Shown here: in pieces, positions 1-8,503 of the stretch
Layout: every line of letters starts with the position of its first letter
How positions within the stretch are numbered: the stretch's first letter is position 1
DNA from: Arenicellales bacterium
Lineage (GTDB): Bacteria; Pseudomonadota; Gammaproteobacteria; Arenicellales; Poriferihabitantaceae
Length of the DNA: 64,000 nt
Assembly (NCBI GenBank): GCA_965231905.1
Contig: CBDDOO010000001.1
Location: 696,235-760,234 of the forward strand
Direction: 5' to 3'
Translations under genes and position numbers: made by a program
Notes under the pieces: model-generated
What the model was told of the DNA's origin: nothing
The model's input: the letters and a program-made list of their open reading frames with translations, nothing else
Databases searched by the model: none

Positions 1-50
1 TGTGGCCGTCACATCCGCCCGGGAAAGTGGCCGGGTGGAGCATCTGTGGG

Positions 51-68
51 CTCCCGCGAAAGCGGGAG
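51..68. repeat. REP-like hairpin CTCCCGC-GAAA-GCGGGAG(TGA)
   Basis: A 7-bp stem with a GAAA loop. It shares the CTCCC...GGGAGTGA frame with the hairpins at 31298 and 38718. Confidence 0.4.
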
Positions 69-96
69 TGACGGAGTGGGAGATCCTGTGACCGAA

Positions 97-300
97 TCAG
101 TCGCAGTCGCCGATGAAATCCTGGCCGGTTTCAAAGTCGAATATCCGGTCAAGCTGAAACTCGCTGATTAGCTGGTCCACGGCTTTCTGGCCATGTTCCC
201 TGGCCACTTCGGTCAATATCAGTTGGGCCGAATGGCGATTGTAGGAACCGCCAAAGTCCGCCTGTACCTTGATCAGTTGGCGCGCCTTGTCCAGAGTCAT
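97..300 (-). CDS. hypothetical small protein (67 aa)
   Basis: ORF 12 nt downstream of the PFK gene on the same strand. No recognisable motif. Confidence 0.3.
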   Translation of the reverse strand: MTLDKARQLIKVQADFGGSYNRHSAQLILTEVAREHGQKAVDQLISEFQLDRIFDFETGQDFIGDCD

Positions 301-312
301 CTCATCCGGCCA

Positions 313-1578
313 TCATGGTTTGAAGTTTGCATGCAGTTTCTTCGCGACCGGCCGGTTCTGCAACCGGATGTAATCGGGCAGGCCGTTCCGGTAGGGGGGG
401 TAATCTTCCCCTTGCACGAGCGGGAGCAGATAATCACGGCACTCCCGGGTGATCCCGAAGCCGTCTGCGCTGATAAAGTTTCGCGGCATCCTTTTCTCCA
501 CGTTGGCGACCTGGTTCAATTCCGTTTTACCGATTTCCCAGCGATAGGGGCTGTCGCTGACCCGAACGATGGTTGGCATCACCGCATTTTCTCCATCCAG
601 CGCCATTTCAACCGCGGCTTTGCCCAATTCATAAGCCTGATCGACATCGGTCTTCGAGGCGATATGCCGGGCAGAGCGTTGCAGATAATCCGCGACCGCC
701 CAGTGGAATTTGTAGCCCAGATCCTGCTTTACCATATTTGCGACCACCGGAGCGACGCCACCGAGCTGGGCATGGCCAAAGGCGTCAACCAGTCCCTGAT
801 CCGACAAGAACCGGCCATTGGCGTCCATGACTCCTTCCGATACGACGATGGATACATACCCGTGTTTTTCAACCCGGCTTTTTACTTCGGCGATAAACCT
901 TTCCCGGTCAAAGGGAATTTCGGGAAACAGGACAATAATGGGTATCGGGGTCTCGCTGTCGGATGCCAGGGCGCCGGCGGCCGCAATCCAGCCGGCGTGG
1001 CGGCCCATCACTTCCAGCACAAAAACGCGGGTTGAAGTCTTGGCCATCGAAGCCACGTCAAAGCTGGCTTCCCGGGTGGAGGTGGCGATATATTTCGCTA
1101 CCGAACCGAAACCCGGGCAATTGTCGGTGACCGGCAGATCGTTATCCACGGTCTTCGGGATATGAATCGCCTGGATCGGATAATTCAGGCGCCTGGACAA
1201 CCCGGAAATCTTCAGGCAGGTATCCGCAGAGTCCCCACCGCCGTTATAGAAGAAATATTCGATCCGATGCGCTTCGAAAACTTCGATCAGGCGTTCGTAA
1301 TGTTGCCGGTGTTCGGACAGACTCCCCAGTTTATAGCGGCACGAACCAAATGCCCCGGACGGGGTATGGCGCAGCCTGGCGATGGATTCATCCGATTCTT
1401 TCGAGGTGTCGATCAGGTCCTCGGTCAGGGCTCCGATAATGCCGTTTCGACCGGCGTAGACATTGCCGATCCGGTTCCTGTTTTTACGCGCGGTCTCGAT
1501 CACGCCGGCAGCCGATGTGTTGATTACGGCGGTCACGCCGCCGGATTGCGCGTAAAACGCGTTTCTGGCCTCTGTCAT
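313..1578 (-). CDS. pfp: 6-phosphofructokinase, probably PPi-dependent (Pfp type)
   Basis: From the internal ATG the protein reads MTEARNAFYAQSGGVTAVINTS, with the PFK-family motifs NGGGDS and PKTVDNDL. The ORF-track start at 1644 adds an Arg/Pro-rich extension that overlaps the upstream ORF, so the ATG at 1578 is preferred. Confidence 0.8.
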   Translation of the reverse strand: MTEARNAFYAQSGGVTAVINTSAAGVIETARKNRNRIGNVYAGRNGIIGALTEDLIDTSKESDESIARLRHTPSGAFGSCRYKLGSLSEHRQHYERLIEVFEAHRIEYFFYNGGGDSADTCLKISGLSRRLNYPIQAIHIPKTVDNDLPVTDNCPGFGSVAKYIATSTREASFDVASMAKTSTRVFVLEVMGRHAGWIAAAGALASDSETPIPIIVLFPEIPFDRERFIAEVKSRVEKHGYVSIVVSEGVMDANGRFLSDQGLVDAFGHAQLGGVAPVVANMVKQDLGYKFHWAVADYLQRSARHIASKTDVDQAYELGKAAVEMALDGENAVMPTIVRVSDSPYRWEIGKTELNQVANVEKRMPRNFISADGFGITRECRDYLLPLVQGEDYPPYRNGLPDYIRLQNRPVAKKLHANFKP

Positions 1579-1940
1579 TTTGTATCGACGCCTTCGCGCT
1601 CGCGCTCGTGGTCCGACTGGGTTTGCAGGACGGCGGCCACACATTCATCGAGTTCGCTGAATTCCTCGATCCCGGTGCCATACTGTTCGTGCGGTGTATA
1701 GAAAAACTGGGATTTGAAGCGGAAAAAGCCGGTTTTGAACACGACAAAACTGGCGCCGCGTTCATGCCAGAAAACTGTCGGGCAGGCTGTGGTTTCTTCA
1801 GGATCGTCCTTATCCAGGCTGAGGTCGCAATCAGCCAGTTGTATTTCCACGTCCTTTTTGTAGCGTTGGGTCAGCATTTCGCGGATACCATGCAGCTCGA
1901 CGTCGGTAAATTCAGGTATGTGTTGCATGGGTTGTGCCAA
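1575..1940 (-). CDS. hypothetical protein (121 aa), translationally coupled to PFK
   Basis: Its TGA stop overlaps the pfp ATG (ATGA, 1575-1578). No motif recognised. Confidence 0.45.
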   Translation of the reverse strand: MAQPMQHIPEFTDVELHGIREMLTQRYKKDVEIQLADCDLSLDKDDPEETTACPTVFWHERGASFVVFKTGFFRFKSQFFYTPHEQYGTGIEEFSELDECVAAVLQTQSDHEREREGVDTK

Positions 1941-1972
1941 GTCTTTGTGTTCGTAAATTCATTATATTCTGG

Positions 1973-2200
1973 TTATCTGCGATGGGCCACGAATTCTTGC
2001 GCCGTCAACCCGATATCGCGAGCAATACGGCGTAGCAGAATTGGTGACAGGTCACGACCGCCATGCACTGGAACTGTCGTTGCCCGGCCATCAATATGGC
2101 GAAAGCGTTTGTGCGAACCGCGCTGGCGGACTTCTTCGAAGCCCAGGATTGAGAGGATGACAATGACCTCTCGTGGTTTGAGAACAGGAGTGCGAGTCAC
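1973..2200 (-). CDS. hicA: type II toxin-antitoxin system HicA-family toxin
   Basis: 75 aa. It has the KPREVI..L...GF..VRQRGSHKRF.H....TTVPVH pattern typical of HicA mRNA interferases. Confidence 0.85.
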   Translation of the reverse strand: MTRTPVLKPREVIVILSILGFEEVRQRGSHKRFRHIDGRATTVPVHGGRDLSPILLRRIARDIGLTAQEFVAHRR

Positions 2201-2208
2201 ACCCGGTA

Positions 2209-2694
2209 TCAGTCTACCACGACAACCTGCGTACCGACGAACTCCCCGACCATCATTGCAGGTATGTCGTCATCGAAAATCATAGCAATGACTTCTTTAA
2301 GATTGTTGTTGAGTTCTTCAAGCGTCTCGCCCTGACTTTGGGCGCCGGGAAGTCCGGGGACGTAGCCGACATAGAGTTTTGTGTCTGGGCAGCGTTCGAC
2401 AATAGCGGTGTGGATTTGGGGATTCGAGCAGTTTGAGGTATTCGGTTCCCGTTTGCCTGAATGAGGGATTATCCAGCGAGAATATTTCCCATCAGATTGA
2501 TAAGCATGCGGCAGCTTTCCTGTACGCAATAAATTACGAAGTGGCAAACCTGGGCTGCGGATGTCATCGCGAAGAAGTCCCTTTTCTTCAAGAAGCGTGT
2601 TTGCTTCACGGGGGGCAATGTCTCGCTTTCCTGTTTCTGTCAGAAAGTTGTCCAGACATTCAATAATCGCTTCAATATCAACACTCTCTTTCAT
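2209..2694 (-). CDS. hicB: HicB-like antitoxin with an extra N-terminal domain
   Basis: The C-terminal ~70 aa (TKLYVGYVPGLPGAQSQGETLEELNNNLKEVIAMIF) match the HicB/UPF0150 fold. The N-terminal ~85 aa are unassigned. The gene ends 8 nt upstream of hicA. Confidence 0.65.
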   Translation of the reverse strand: MKESVDIEAIIECLDNFLTETGKRDIAPREANTLLEEKGLLRDDIRSPGLPLRNLLRTGKLPHAYQSDGKYSRWIIPHSGKREPNTSNCSNPQIHTAIVERCPDTKLYVGYVPGLPGAQSQGETLEELNNNLKEVIAMIFDDDIPAMMVGEFVGTQVVVVD

Positions 2695-2871
2695 TGTTTT
2701 CGTTCGTTCAGTATGCAGATAATTTCATGTACGTTATGCCATGCACACACTCACTAAAGCACATCCAATCGTATCAGCCATCCTGTGGTATGTCCATCAA
2801 AATCAGGCGTTGCAGGGTAGAACTTCCTGTGAGCGCAAGTTGTATGTGCGGAGCCTGACCTGAAAGTGAAG

Positions 2872-4419
2872 TCAGTCAAGTGGCGTGGCGTGTTGATTGG
2901 ATGGTCTTGTTCGATATTGTTGTTTTGGTTCCATGAGTAACGCCATCTGCCGCTCAGGTTCACCATGCACTCTGGCATGAATGTGATTTTCCAGTTCATT
3001 CTGTCTTCCAAGCTCTTTCGCCAATTCAAAGAATGAAATTCTGCGAAGCACATCAATAGTCACGGGTCTCTTGGAATCCATGAAAACAAGTGAACGCAAA
3101 AATTCTAAAGCTGGTCGAGAAGACAGGAGCTCATATAAAAGTTGAGCTTCTTCTTCCGACTGACACGGAATCGAATAGCAAGTGTCGTCAACCATCACGG
3201 GACGGCCTTCAATCGGAGGCACCACAACGAAAGCAAAAGATTTGTAGAAACCGGATATAGCCACCTTCCACGGTGCGAATGAATAAGATCCGATTCCGAA
3301 CACAGAGAATTGAGGGCGGTTTTTGTAGATGGAGCTTCGCCGACCATCTAACAGTTCGCTGTGGCGCACCAGATAGTCCCAGGTTGATGGGGCTTGTGTC
3401 TTGACTATGGAAGTGTCATCGCCAGTATGAAATTGAGTCACTAGAACATACTTGCGAATATCAGCCCTGCCGTTACCAAGATCAGACGACTTTAGAAGAG
3501 GGTATATAAACTCATCTTCCAGTTCGACAGACTCACCAAAGCCATTGCACAGCCGTTCTCCATCAAGACTAAATTCCATAATCTTTGCAGCATCATGCTT
3601 GATGCCGGATCGCCAGGTATAGGAAAATGACCCCCCATCCAGATTTTGGCGCCGCCGATAAGTATCTATATCGGAAACCAAATCGCCATAAATGAAACCG
3701 AAGACTCTCGAATCCGAGTCCAAATCAAGGTCGGTATAAGTCGTCGCTGTCCGATCATTTGTTATTTTTCCAGTAGTTGTAAACAGACAGGCATCCACTG
3801 CGACACCAAATGCTGCTTTCGCATCAATATGGAATAGTTTTGATGCTTCCCGCCCTCCATCCGTCTTCCAGAAGTGTCGTAGAACTTTACGCGCTGTCAT
3901 GGTCTTGCAGAGCATTGCGAGAGTCCCTTCTGTGGGCAATGCTTCAATCAGTCGAATCAGCATCCATTCGGCTATATCAAAGTTCGACTTTCCAGTGCAG
4001 GCATCAAAACCACGCAACCGTTGGAAATTTGTCTTCTTCGGGAGATTTTGGCTACCCAACTGGCCCAGACCGGAATTGGTAACCCAGGGTGGATTCCCGA
4101 TAACCAAAATCCGCGACTGCCCGCTCTTTTTCAGATTGACCCTCCAATCCTCTGTAAAGAAGTCGCAGTGGTAAAATTCAACTCCCGAACTTTCAAGAGT
4201 CAGTGAGGCTCGATCAACATACTCCTGGTTGATCTCGTAAGCTTCATAACGTGGTTCATCACCCCAATATTGCACGGAAGCCTTCAGGAACGCTCCCAAA
4301 CCCGCCGTCGGCTCAACAACGACATCCGGTTTTCCGAAAATCCCGGAAACCAAAGCGACAACCTGCGTTGCCAATTCATCAGGGGTCTGAAAATCTCCAA
4401 ATTCCTTCCTGACGCTCAT
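2872..4419 (-). CDS. N6-adenine DNA methyltransferase (gamma class, Eco57I/TaqI-like family)
   Basis: Motif I is VVEPTAGLGAF and motif IV is IGNPPW. A long C-terminal region could serve as the target-recognition domain. The start overlaps the stop of the upstream nuclease gene (ATGA at 4416-4419). Confidence 0.85.
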   Translation of the reverse strand: MSVRKEFGDFQTPDELATQVVALVSGIFGKPDVVVEPTAGLGAFLKASVQYWGDEPRYEAYEINQEYVDRASLTLESSGVEFYHCDFFTEDWRVNLKKSGQSRILVIGNPPWVTNSGLGQLGSQNLPKKTNFQRLRGFDACTGKSNFDIAEWMLIRLIEALPTEGTLAMLCKTMTARKVLRHFWKTDGGREASKLFHIDAKAAFGVAVDACLFTTTGKITNDRTATTYTDLDLDSDSRVFGFIYGDLVSDIDTYRRRQNLDGGSFSYTWRSGIKHDAAKIMEFSLDGERLCNGFGESVELEDEFIYPLLKSSDLGNGRADIRKYVLVTQFHTGDDTSIVKTQAPSTWDYLVRHSELLDGRRSSIYKNRPQFSVFGIGSYSFAPWKVAISGFYKSFAFVVVPPIEGRPVMVDDTCYSIPCQSEEEAQLLYELLSSRPALEFLRSLVFMDSKRPVTIDVLRRISFFELAKELGRQNELENHIHARVHGEPERQMALLMEPKQQYRTRPSNQHATPLD

Positions 4420-5069
4420 AGTACATCAATTCCTGTAACGCTTCCGGCTTTCTGAATGACGCGGCCATACTGAAGCCGCCACTGGAGTGCGTTTGAGATC
4501 GTCAGGTATCCGATTTGTGGTGGGTGCGTGAGCACTTTTTCCGCAAGCGCTTGTGCCTGAATATCGTCCAGAGGAAGCATCCGCTCTCTGAAAAAAGCGA
4601 GAACATCATCGGCATTCCCGTCATTTTCAATGATTTGGATGAGGCCGGACGTGGTTTGGAAATCAGCGGTTCGTACTTGGTCTACAAAAACGGTGTGCTG
4701 GATATTCAGTCGTCCGGTCCTCGTTTCATCGTCATCCGACTTCTCATAAACGAAAACAAGTAAGTTGTAGCCGAGGCCATATATTTTTTGTTGCGCTGAT
4801 TTGAAAGGGCATGAGGATTGAGGTTGTCGGACACTTGTTACTTTGATGTCAACTTCGAGGTCAGGAAAATCAATCCCTTTTGCTGTGGAGCCTTCGGTGT
4901 ATTGATATTTCGTATGAAGATATGCCTGAAATTTATGCTCCAGATAGGTGCCGACAGCCTTCCCGTCGGTTACTCCAAACAAAGCCGGTTCCAGATGGGT
5001 GGATTCTCGGAGCGAGAAATCTGTGGCTTCGGATTTAAGGAGTGGTATTGTCAGTGTGCCTGGAGGCAT
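4416..5069 (-). CDS. putative Type II restriction endonuclease (PD-(D/E)XK, MutH/Sau3AI-like motif)
   Basis: 217 aa, overlapping the methyltransferase gene by 4 nt. GKAVGTYLEHKF...KGIDFPDLEVDIKVTS resembles the MutH segment DKGWIGVLLE...QDFAALGVELKTIP. Confidence 0.6.
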   Translation of the reverse strand: MPPGTLTIPLLKSEATDFSLRESTHLEPALFGVTDGKAVGTYLEHKFQAYLHTKYQYTEGSTAKGIDFPDLEVDIKVTSVRQPQSSCPFKSAQQKIYGLGYNLLVFVYEKSDDDETRTGRLNIQHTVFVDQVRTADFQTTSGLIQIIENDGNADDVLAFFRERMLPLDDIQAQALAEKVLTHPPQIGYLTISNALQWRLQYGRVIQKAGSVTGIDVL

Positions 5070-5124
5070 GGGTTTTCTTTTTGTTATGATGCGTCAGTGC
5101 TGTTCCAGAGTGCGGATGCCGCCC

Positions 5125-5529
5125 TTAAGACTTAGGTGGAACGAATGGCCGCATAATAAAATCATCATTCAATTCCAATTCGCGAATAGACACTTTCGCG
5201 GCCTTCGCCATCGCTTTAATGAGGCTCACTATGTTGTCGGGCAATCGCTCAGTTTGGCCAAGTTCTTCGTGCATTTTTCTGAGTGCTGAAATGACTTGAG
5301 GATGTTCTGCATACGCCACGAACACTTCGTTCAACGCGATGAAAGGTTCGCCCTTACTTTCCCGGAACTGACCGGTCAAGACGTAGCGGTTACCGACAAA
5401 ACGTCGGAGAACATCACGCTTTATCTCAAATTTTGTGTGTTGGCTATTCAGGTAAAAAGAAACACAAGTCGCAAGCAAGCCAGAAAGCAAAGCAGAGATC
5501 AGTATCATCAAGGTTTGTTGAACAGACAT
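5125..5529 (-). CDS. hypothetical membrane-anchored protein (134 aa)
   Basis: The internal ATG at 5529 gives MSVQQTLMILISALLSGLLATCVSFYL (one N-terminal TM helix) and a soluble domain. The longer 196-aa ORF overlaps the lpxL-family gene, so it was trimmed. Confidence 0.5.
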   Translation of the reverse strand: MSVQQTLMILISALLSGLLATCVSFYLNSQHTKFEIKRDVLRRFVGNRYVLTGQFRESKGEPFIALNEVFVAYAEHPQVISALRKMHEELGQTERLPDNIVSLIKAMAKAAKVSIRELELNDDFIMRPFVPPKS

Positions 5530-5641
5530 TGAACTCTCGTCTATTGGATGTGATTGATGCGACCGGGAAATCGGATGCTGCATTGGTGTTATTCTGAATG
5601 AAGTATAGCATAGCTCCTGCCCCGAAACACTTGACGGAAGG

Positions 5642-6547
5642 TCAGTAAAACGATTCTTCTCCGTCAGGCCGGGTCTTGAATCGCTTGTGCGACCAGAAGT
5701 ATTGGGCAGGCGCATTGGCGATCAGGTCTTCGATGGCCCGGTTCATAGCGCTGGCGTCCTCAAGCGCATCGCCGCAAGGATAATCTTTTAGCGGAGGGTG
5801 AAAAATGACTTCTATTCCCGCCCCGAAACTTTTAATCCTGGCCATGCAGGGGATTACTTTTGCCCGGGTTGTGGCGGCAATCTTGTTCAGGGATGGAAGG
5901 GTAGCCGTGCGGATGCCATAGAAGGATGCGAATACGCCTCTTTCTTCGCCAGGGTCCTGGTCCGGCAGGTAATAAAATGGGGCGCCATTGCGGATGGATT
6001 TGATCAGGCTGCTGGAAATTCCCTTGGAACTGTACATGGCGTCACCGAAGCGGGTGCGGCGTTTCAGCATGAACCGCTCCATGAACGGGTTTTTGTGTTT
6101 CTGATAAATACTCACCATATTGAATTGGCTGAACAGGAGTCCGCCGAGGAATTCCAGGCAGCAAAAATGCGGGACCAGCAGAATAACGTTTTCGCCCTTT
6201 GCCAGATGGTCATCGAGAATCGCCCGATTTCTGAATGTGGTAATGGCGGCCAGCCGCTTTGCAGGCGCCCACCATGCCCAGGATATCAACAAAAAACCCG
6301 TCGCCATGGCATGGAAATGGGCTCTCGCAAGGTTTCTGGTATCCTTATCCGAAAGGCCGGGGAAACAAAGCCTGAGATTGATTCTGGTGATGCGGCGTCT
6401 TGACCGGTAAAGCCAAAAGGCGATCTCGCCTACAGTCACGCCAACCGCATGGACCACCCTGAACGGGGCAAGACTGAAAAGCCACAGTAACCCCAGGGAT
6501 ATTCGAATCGGCAAATTCCGGATGGATGGGAGCGCGGGGAACGCCAT
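5642..6547 (-). CDS. lpxL: lipid A biosynthesis lauroyl/myristoyl acyltransferase (LpxL/HtrB family)
   Basis: It has an N-terminal TM helix, the RINLRLCFP motif and the HX4E catalytic motif (PHFCCLE). The length (301 aa) is typical of the family. Confidence 0.8.
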   Translation of the reverse strand: MAFPALPSIRNLPIRISLGLLWLFSLAPFRVVHAVGVTVGEIAFWLYRSRRRITRINLRLCFPGLSDKDTRNLARAHFHAMATGFLLISWAWWAPAKRLAAITTFRNRAILDDHLAKGENVILLVPHFCCLEFLGGLLFSQFNMVSIYQKHKNPFMERFMLKRRTRFGDAMYSSKGISSSLIKSIRNGAPFYYLPDQDPGEERGVFASFYGIRTATLPSLNKIAATTRAKVIPCMARIKSFGAGIEVIFHPPLKDYPCGDALEDASAMNRAIEDLIANAPAQYFWSHKRFKTRPDGEESFY

Positions 6548-6640
6548 TATTCATCAAACCTGAGTTTTAACCTTAAATAACACTGGATTAAGTGTTAGAA
6601 TCCGCCCGCCCGTTACCATACTACATCCCGGCATTTTACA

Positions 6641-6648
6641 TAAATTAT
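6641..6648. repeat. target-site duplication, left copy (TAAATTAT)
   Basis: An identical 8-mer directly abuts both ends of the IS element (6641-6648 and 8989-8996). Confidence 0.8.
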
Positions 6649-6675
6649 GGGAATTATATACTTGACGATCCCAAA
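6649..6675. repeat. IS left terminal inverted repeat GGGAATTATATACTTGACGATCCCAAA
   Basis: The exact reverse complement is present at 8962-8988. I checked this base by base. Confidence 0.9.
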
Positions 6676-6714
6676 ATATACTGATACAATTCAGCTTCAA
6701 CATAGGGGATCGCC

Positions 6715-7623
6715 ATGAATTTAATACAGTTTACTAAAGAGTTCGCCACAGTGGAAGCCTGCATTAAGCACTTGGAGAAAGTGCGCTGGACAGATGGGGC
6801 GTATTGCCCACATTGCGGGGGTTGCGAAAAAATCTATCATTACAGCGATGGCATTCGGCATAAATGCGGAGATTGCAGGCGCGTATTCCGCATTATAACC
6901 GGCACTATCTTTTCCGACAGTCCTATCAAATTACTGCCGCAATGGTTTGCGGCGATCTGGCTGGATACTTGCCATAGCAAGGGAATATCCAGCTTGCAGT
7001 TATCCAAAGACATAGGGGTTACTCAAAAAACCGCTTGGCACATGTTACAGCGCATCCGACACGCGGCTGGAAACAATGAAACGGGGATGCTTGGGGGCGA
7101 TGTTGAAATTGATGAAACCTATATCGGTGGCAAGGAGAAGAACAAACACGCCAACAAACGCACTGCTGGTACGCAAGGCCGGAGCACCAAAACAAAAACG
7201 GTTGCCTTTGGCATGAAAGAGCGCGGTGGCAAAGCCAGGGTATTTCAGGTTAAGGGCGCCAGTGCAGCCCACATAATGCCGCCAACGCTTCGCAATGTCG
7301 CGCTTGGAACACGGATTCACGCAGATGACAACCGGGGGTATTCAGCGCTTGACAGCTATTATGCGCTGGATCGCGTCAATCACAGTCGTGGTGAGTATGT
7401 ACGCGGTGATACGCATACAAACGGCATTGAAAGCCTGTGGTCTATGGTCAAGCGGGCATATATCGGCATTCATCACTTTTGGAGCATCAAACACACGCAA
7501 CGCTACCTTGATGCTTGCGCTTTCCGCCAGAACACAAAGGACGATAAACCATTGGACAGAATTTCAACCCTGCTTGATAATGGGATGTCTGTCAGCCTTC
7601 CCTATAAGGAGTTGGTATCATGA
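6715..7623 (+). CDS. IS1595-family transposase
   Basis: The N-terminal zinc ribbon reads RWTDGAYCPHCGG...KCGDCRRVF. It is followed by an HTH-like SSLQLSKDIGVTQKTAWHMLQRIR segment and a DDE-type core (EIDETYIGGKEKNKH). Confidence 0.9.
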   Translation: MNLIQFTKEFATVEACIKHLEKVRWTDGAYCPHCGGCEKIYHYSDGIRHKCGDCRRVFRIITGTIFSDSPIKLLPQWFAAIWLDTCHSKGISSLQLSKDIGVTQKTAWHMLQRIRHAAGNNETGMLGGDVEIDETYIGGKEKNKHANKRTAGTQGRSTKTKTVAFGMKERGGKARVFQVKGASAAHIMPPTLRNVALGTRIHADDNRGYSALDSYYALDRVNHSRGEYVRGDTHTNGIESLWSMVKRAYIGIHHFWSIKHTQRYLDACAFRQNTKDDKPLDRISTLLDNGMSVSLPYKELVS

Positions 7624-8426
7624 GCCAGGTTATCCCATTTAACAAGGTTCTGGGGCACACAATACGGCCTTATCTGAACAAAGCTCCTGCCACACCATTT
7701 GTTAAGTGGGCAGGAGGGAAACGCGCCTTGATTCCGGCCATCGCAAAACACTTTCCCGATCACATCGGGACATATTGGGAACCGTTTGTTGGAGGGGGCG
7801 CGGTGTTCTTCACAATGGCAGATCGTATAGATAGGGCGATATTGTCAGACATGAACGAGGAATTGGTAATTGCTTATCAGGTGGTCAAGGGTCAGGTGGA
7901 TGACTTGATAGATTCCCTGCGTAACCATGAGCGGAACCACAAACAAGATGAGGGGTATTTTTTACGGGTTCGGGCACAGGAACCGCAATCCGCTTTGGAA
8001 ATTGCATCCCGGTTTATCTATCTCAACAAAACCTGTTTTAATGGCCTGTATCGCGTCAACAAGTCTGGTAAATTCAACGTCCCGAAGGGCAAGTATAAAA
8101 ACCCTTCCATTTGCAACGAGGATGGTCTACGGGCAGCCAGTAAGGTTTTATCGAAAGCAACAATCCGGGTTGGTGATTTCGATACGGTAGTTCAACTCGG
8201 AGCAGATGACTTTGTTTATTGCGATCCACCTTATGATGACTGTTTTACCGATTACCAGGCCGGAGGGTTTGGCACAAGTGACCAGGAGCGTCTGCGTAAA
8301 ATGATTGATGTTTGGGTTGAACAGGGCGCTATGGTAATGGCCAGCAATGCAGATACGCCCTTAATCAGGCGTATCTATCGGGGGGGGGGGGGGGGGGCAA
8401 GCCAAGTACATCTTACACGAGGTTGA
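7620..8426 (+). CDS. Dam-family (D12 class) N6-adenine DNA methyltransferase, frameshifted in a G18 tract
   Basis: Motifs FVKWAGGKR, EPFVGGGAVFF and CDPPY are present, and the ATG overlaps the transposase stop (ATGA). The as-read frame ends at 8426. The conserved Dam C-terminus (AKYILHEVEAPRHISAKAESRNDATELIITSY) continues in the +1 frame to the TAG at 8509-8511. Confidence 0.85.
   Translation: MSQVIPFNKVLGHTIRPYLNKAPATPFVKWAGGKRALIPAIAKHFPDHIGTYWEPFVGGGAVFFTMADRIDRAILSDMNEELVIAYQVVKGQVDDLIDSLRNHERNHKQDEGYFLRVRAQEPQSALEIASRFIYLNKTCFNGLYRVNKSGKFNVPKGKYKNPSICNEDGLRAASKVLSKATIRVGDFDTVVQLGADDFVYCDPPYDDCFTDYQAGGFGTSDQERLRKMIDVWVEQGAMVMASNADTPLIRRIYRGGGGGASQVHLTRG
8380..8397. repeat. homopolymeric G18 tract inside the methyltransferase gene
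   Basis: I counted the run directly: 1+10+7 G. G17 or G20 would restore the full-length frame. Confidence 0.9.
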
Positions 8427-8503
8427 AGCGCCGCGACATATTAGCGCGAAAGCTGAAAGCCGGAATGATGCCACAGAGCTTATTATTACCAGCTATAGCG
8501 ATC

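Noticed and set aside
193-1035. 280-aa ORF on the + strand
   Set aside because: It is entirely antisense to the well-supported PFK gene. Its composition is Gly/Arg/Pro-rich and low in complexity, as expected for shadow ORFs in GC-rich coding DNA.
5530-5715. 5' extension of the 196-aa ORF
   Set aside because: It overlaps the 3' end of the lpxL-family gene by about 70 nt and adds a non-hydrophobic leader. The internal ATG gives a clean TM-anchored protein.
8423-8503. N-terminal extension of the nuclease ORF (MKRRDILARKLKAG...)
   Set aside because: Read in another frame, this stretch encodes the conserved Dam C-terminus. The ATG at 8504, which overlaps the restored methyltransferase stop, is the more coherent start.
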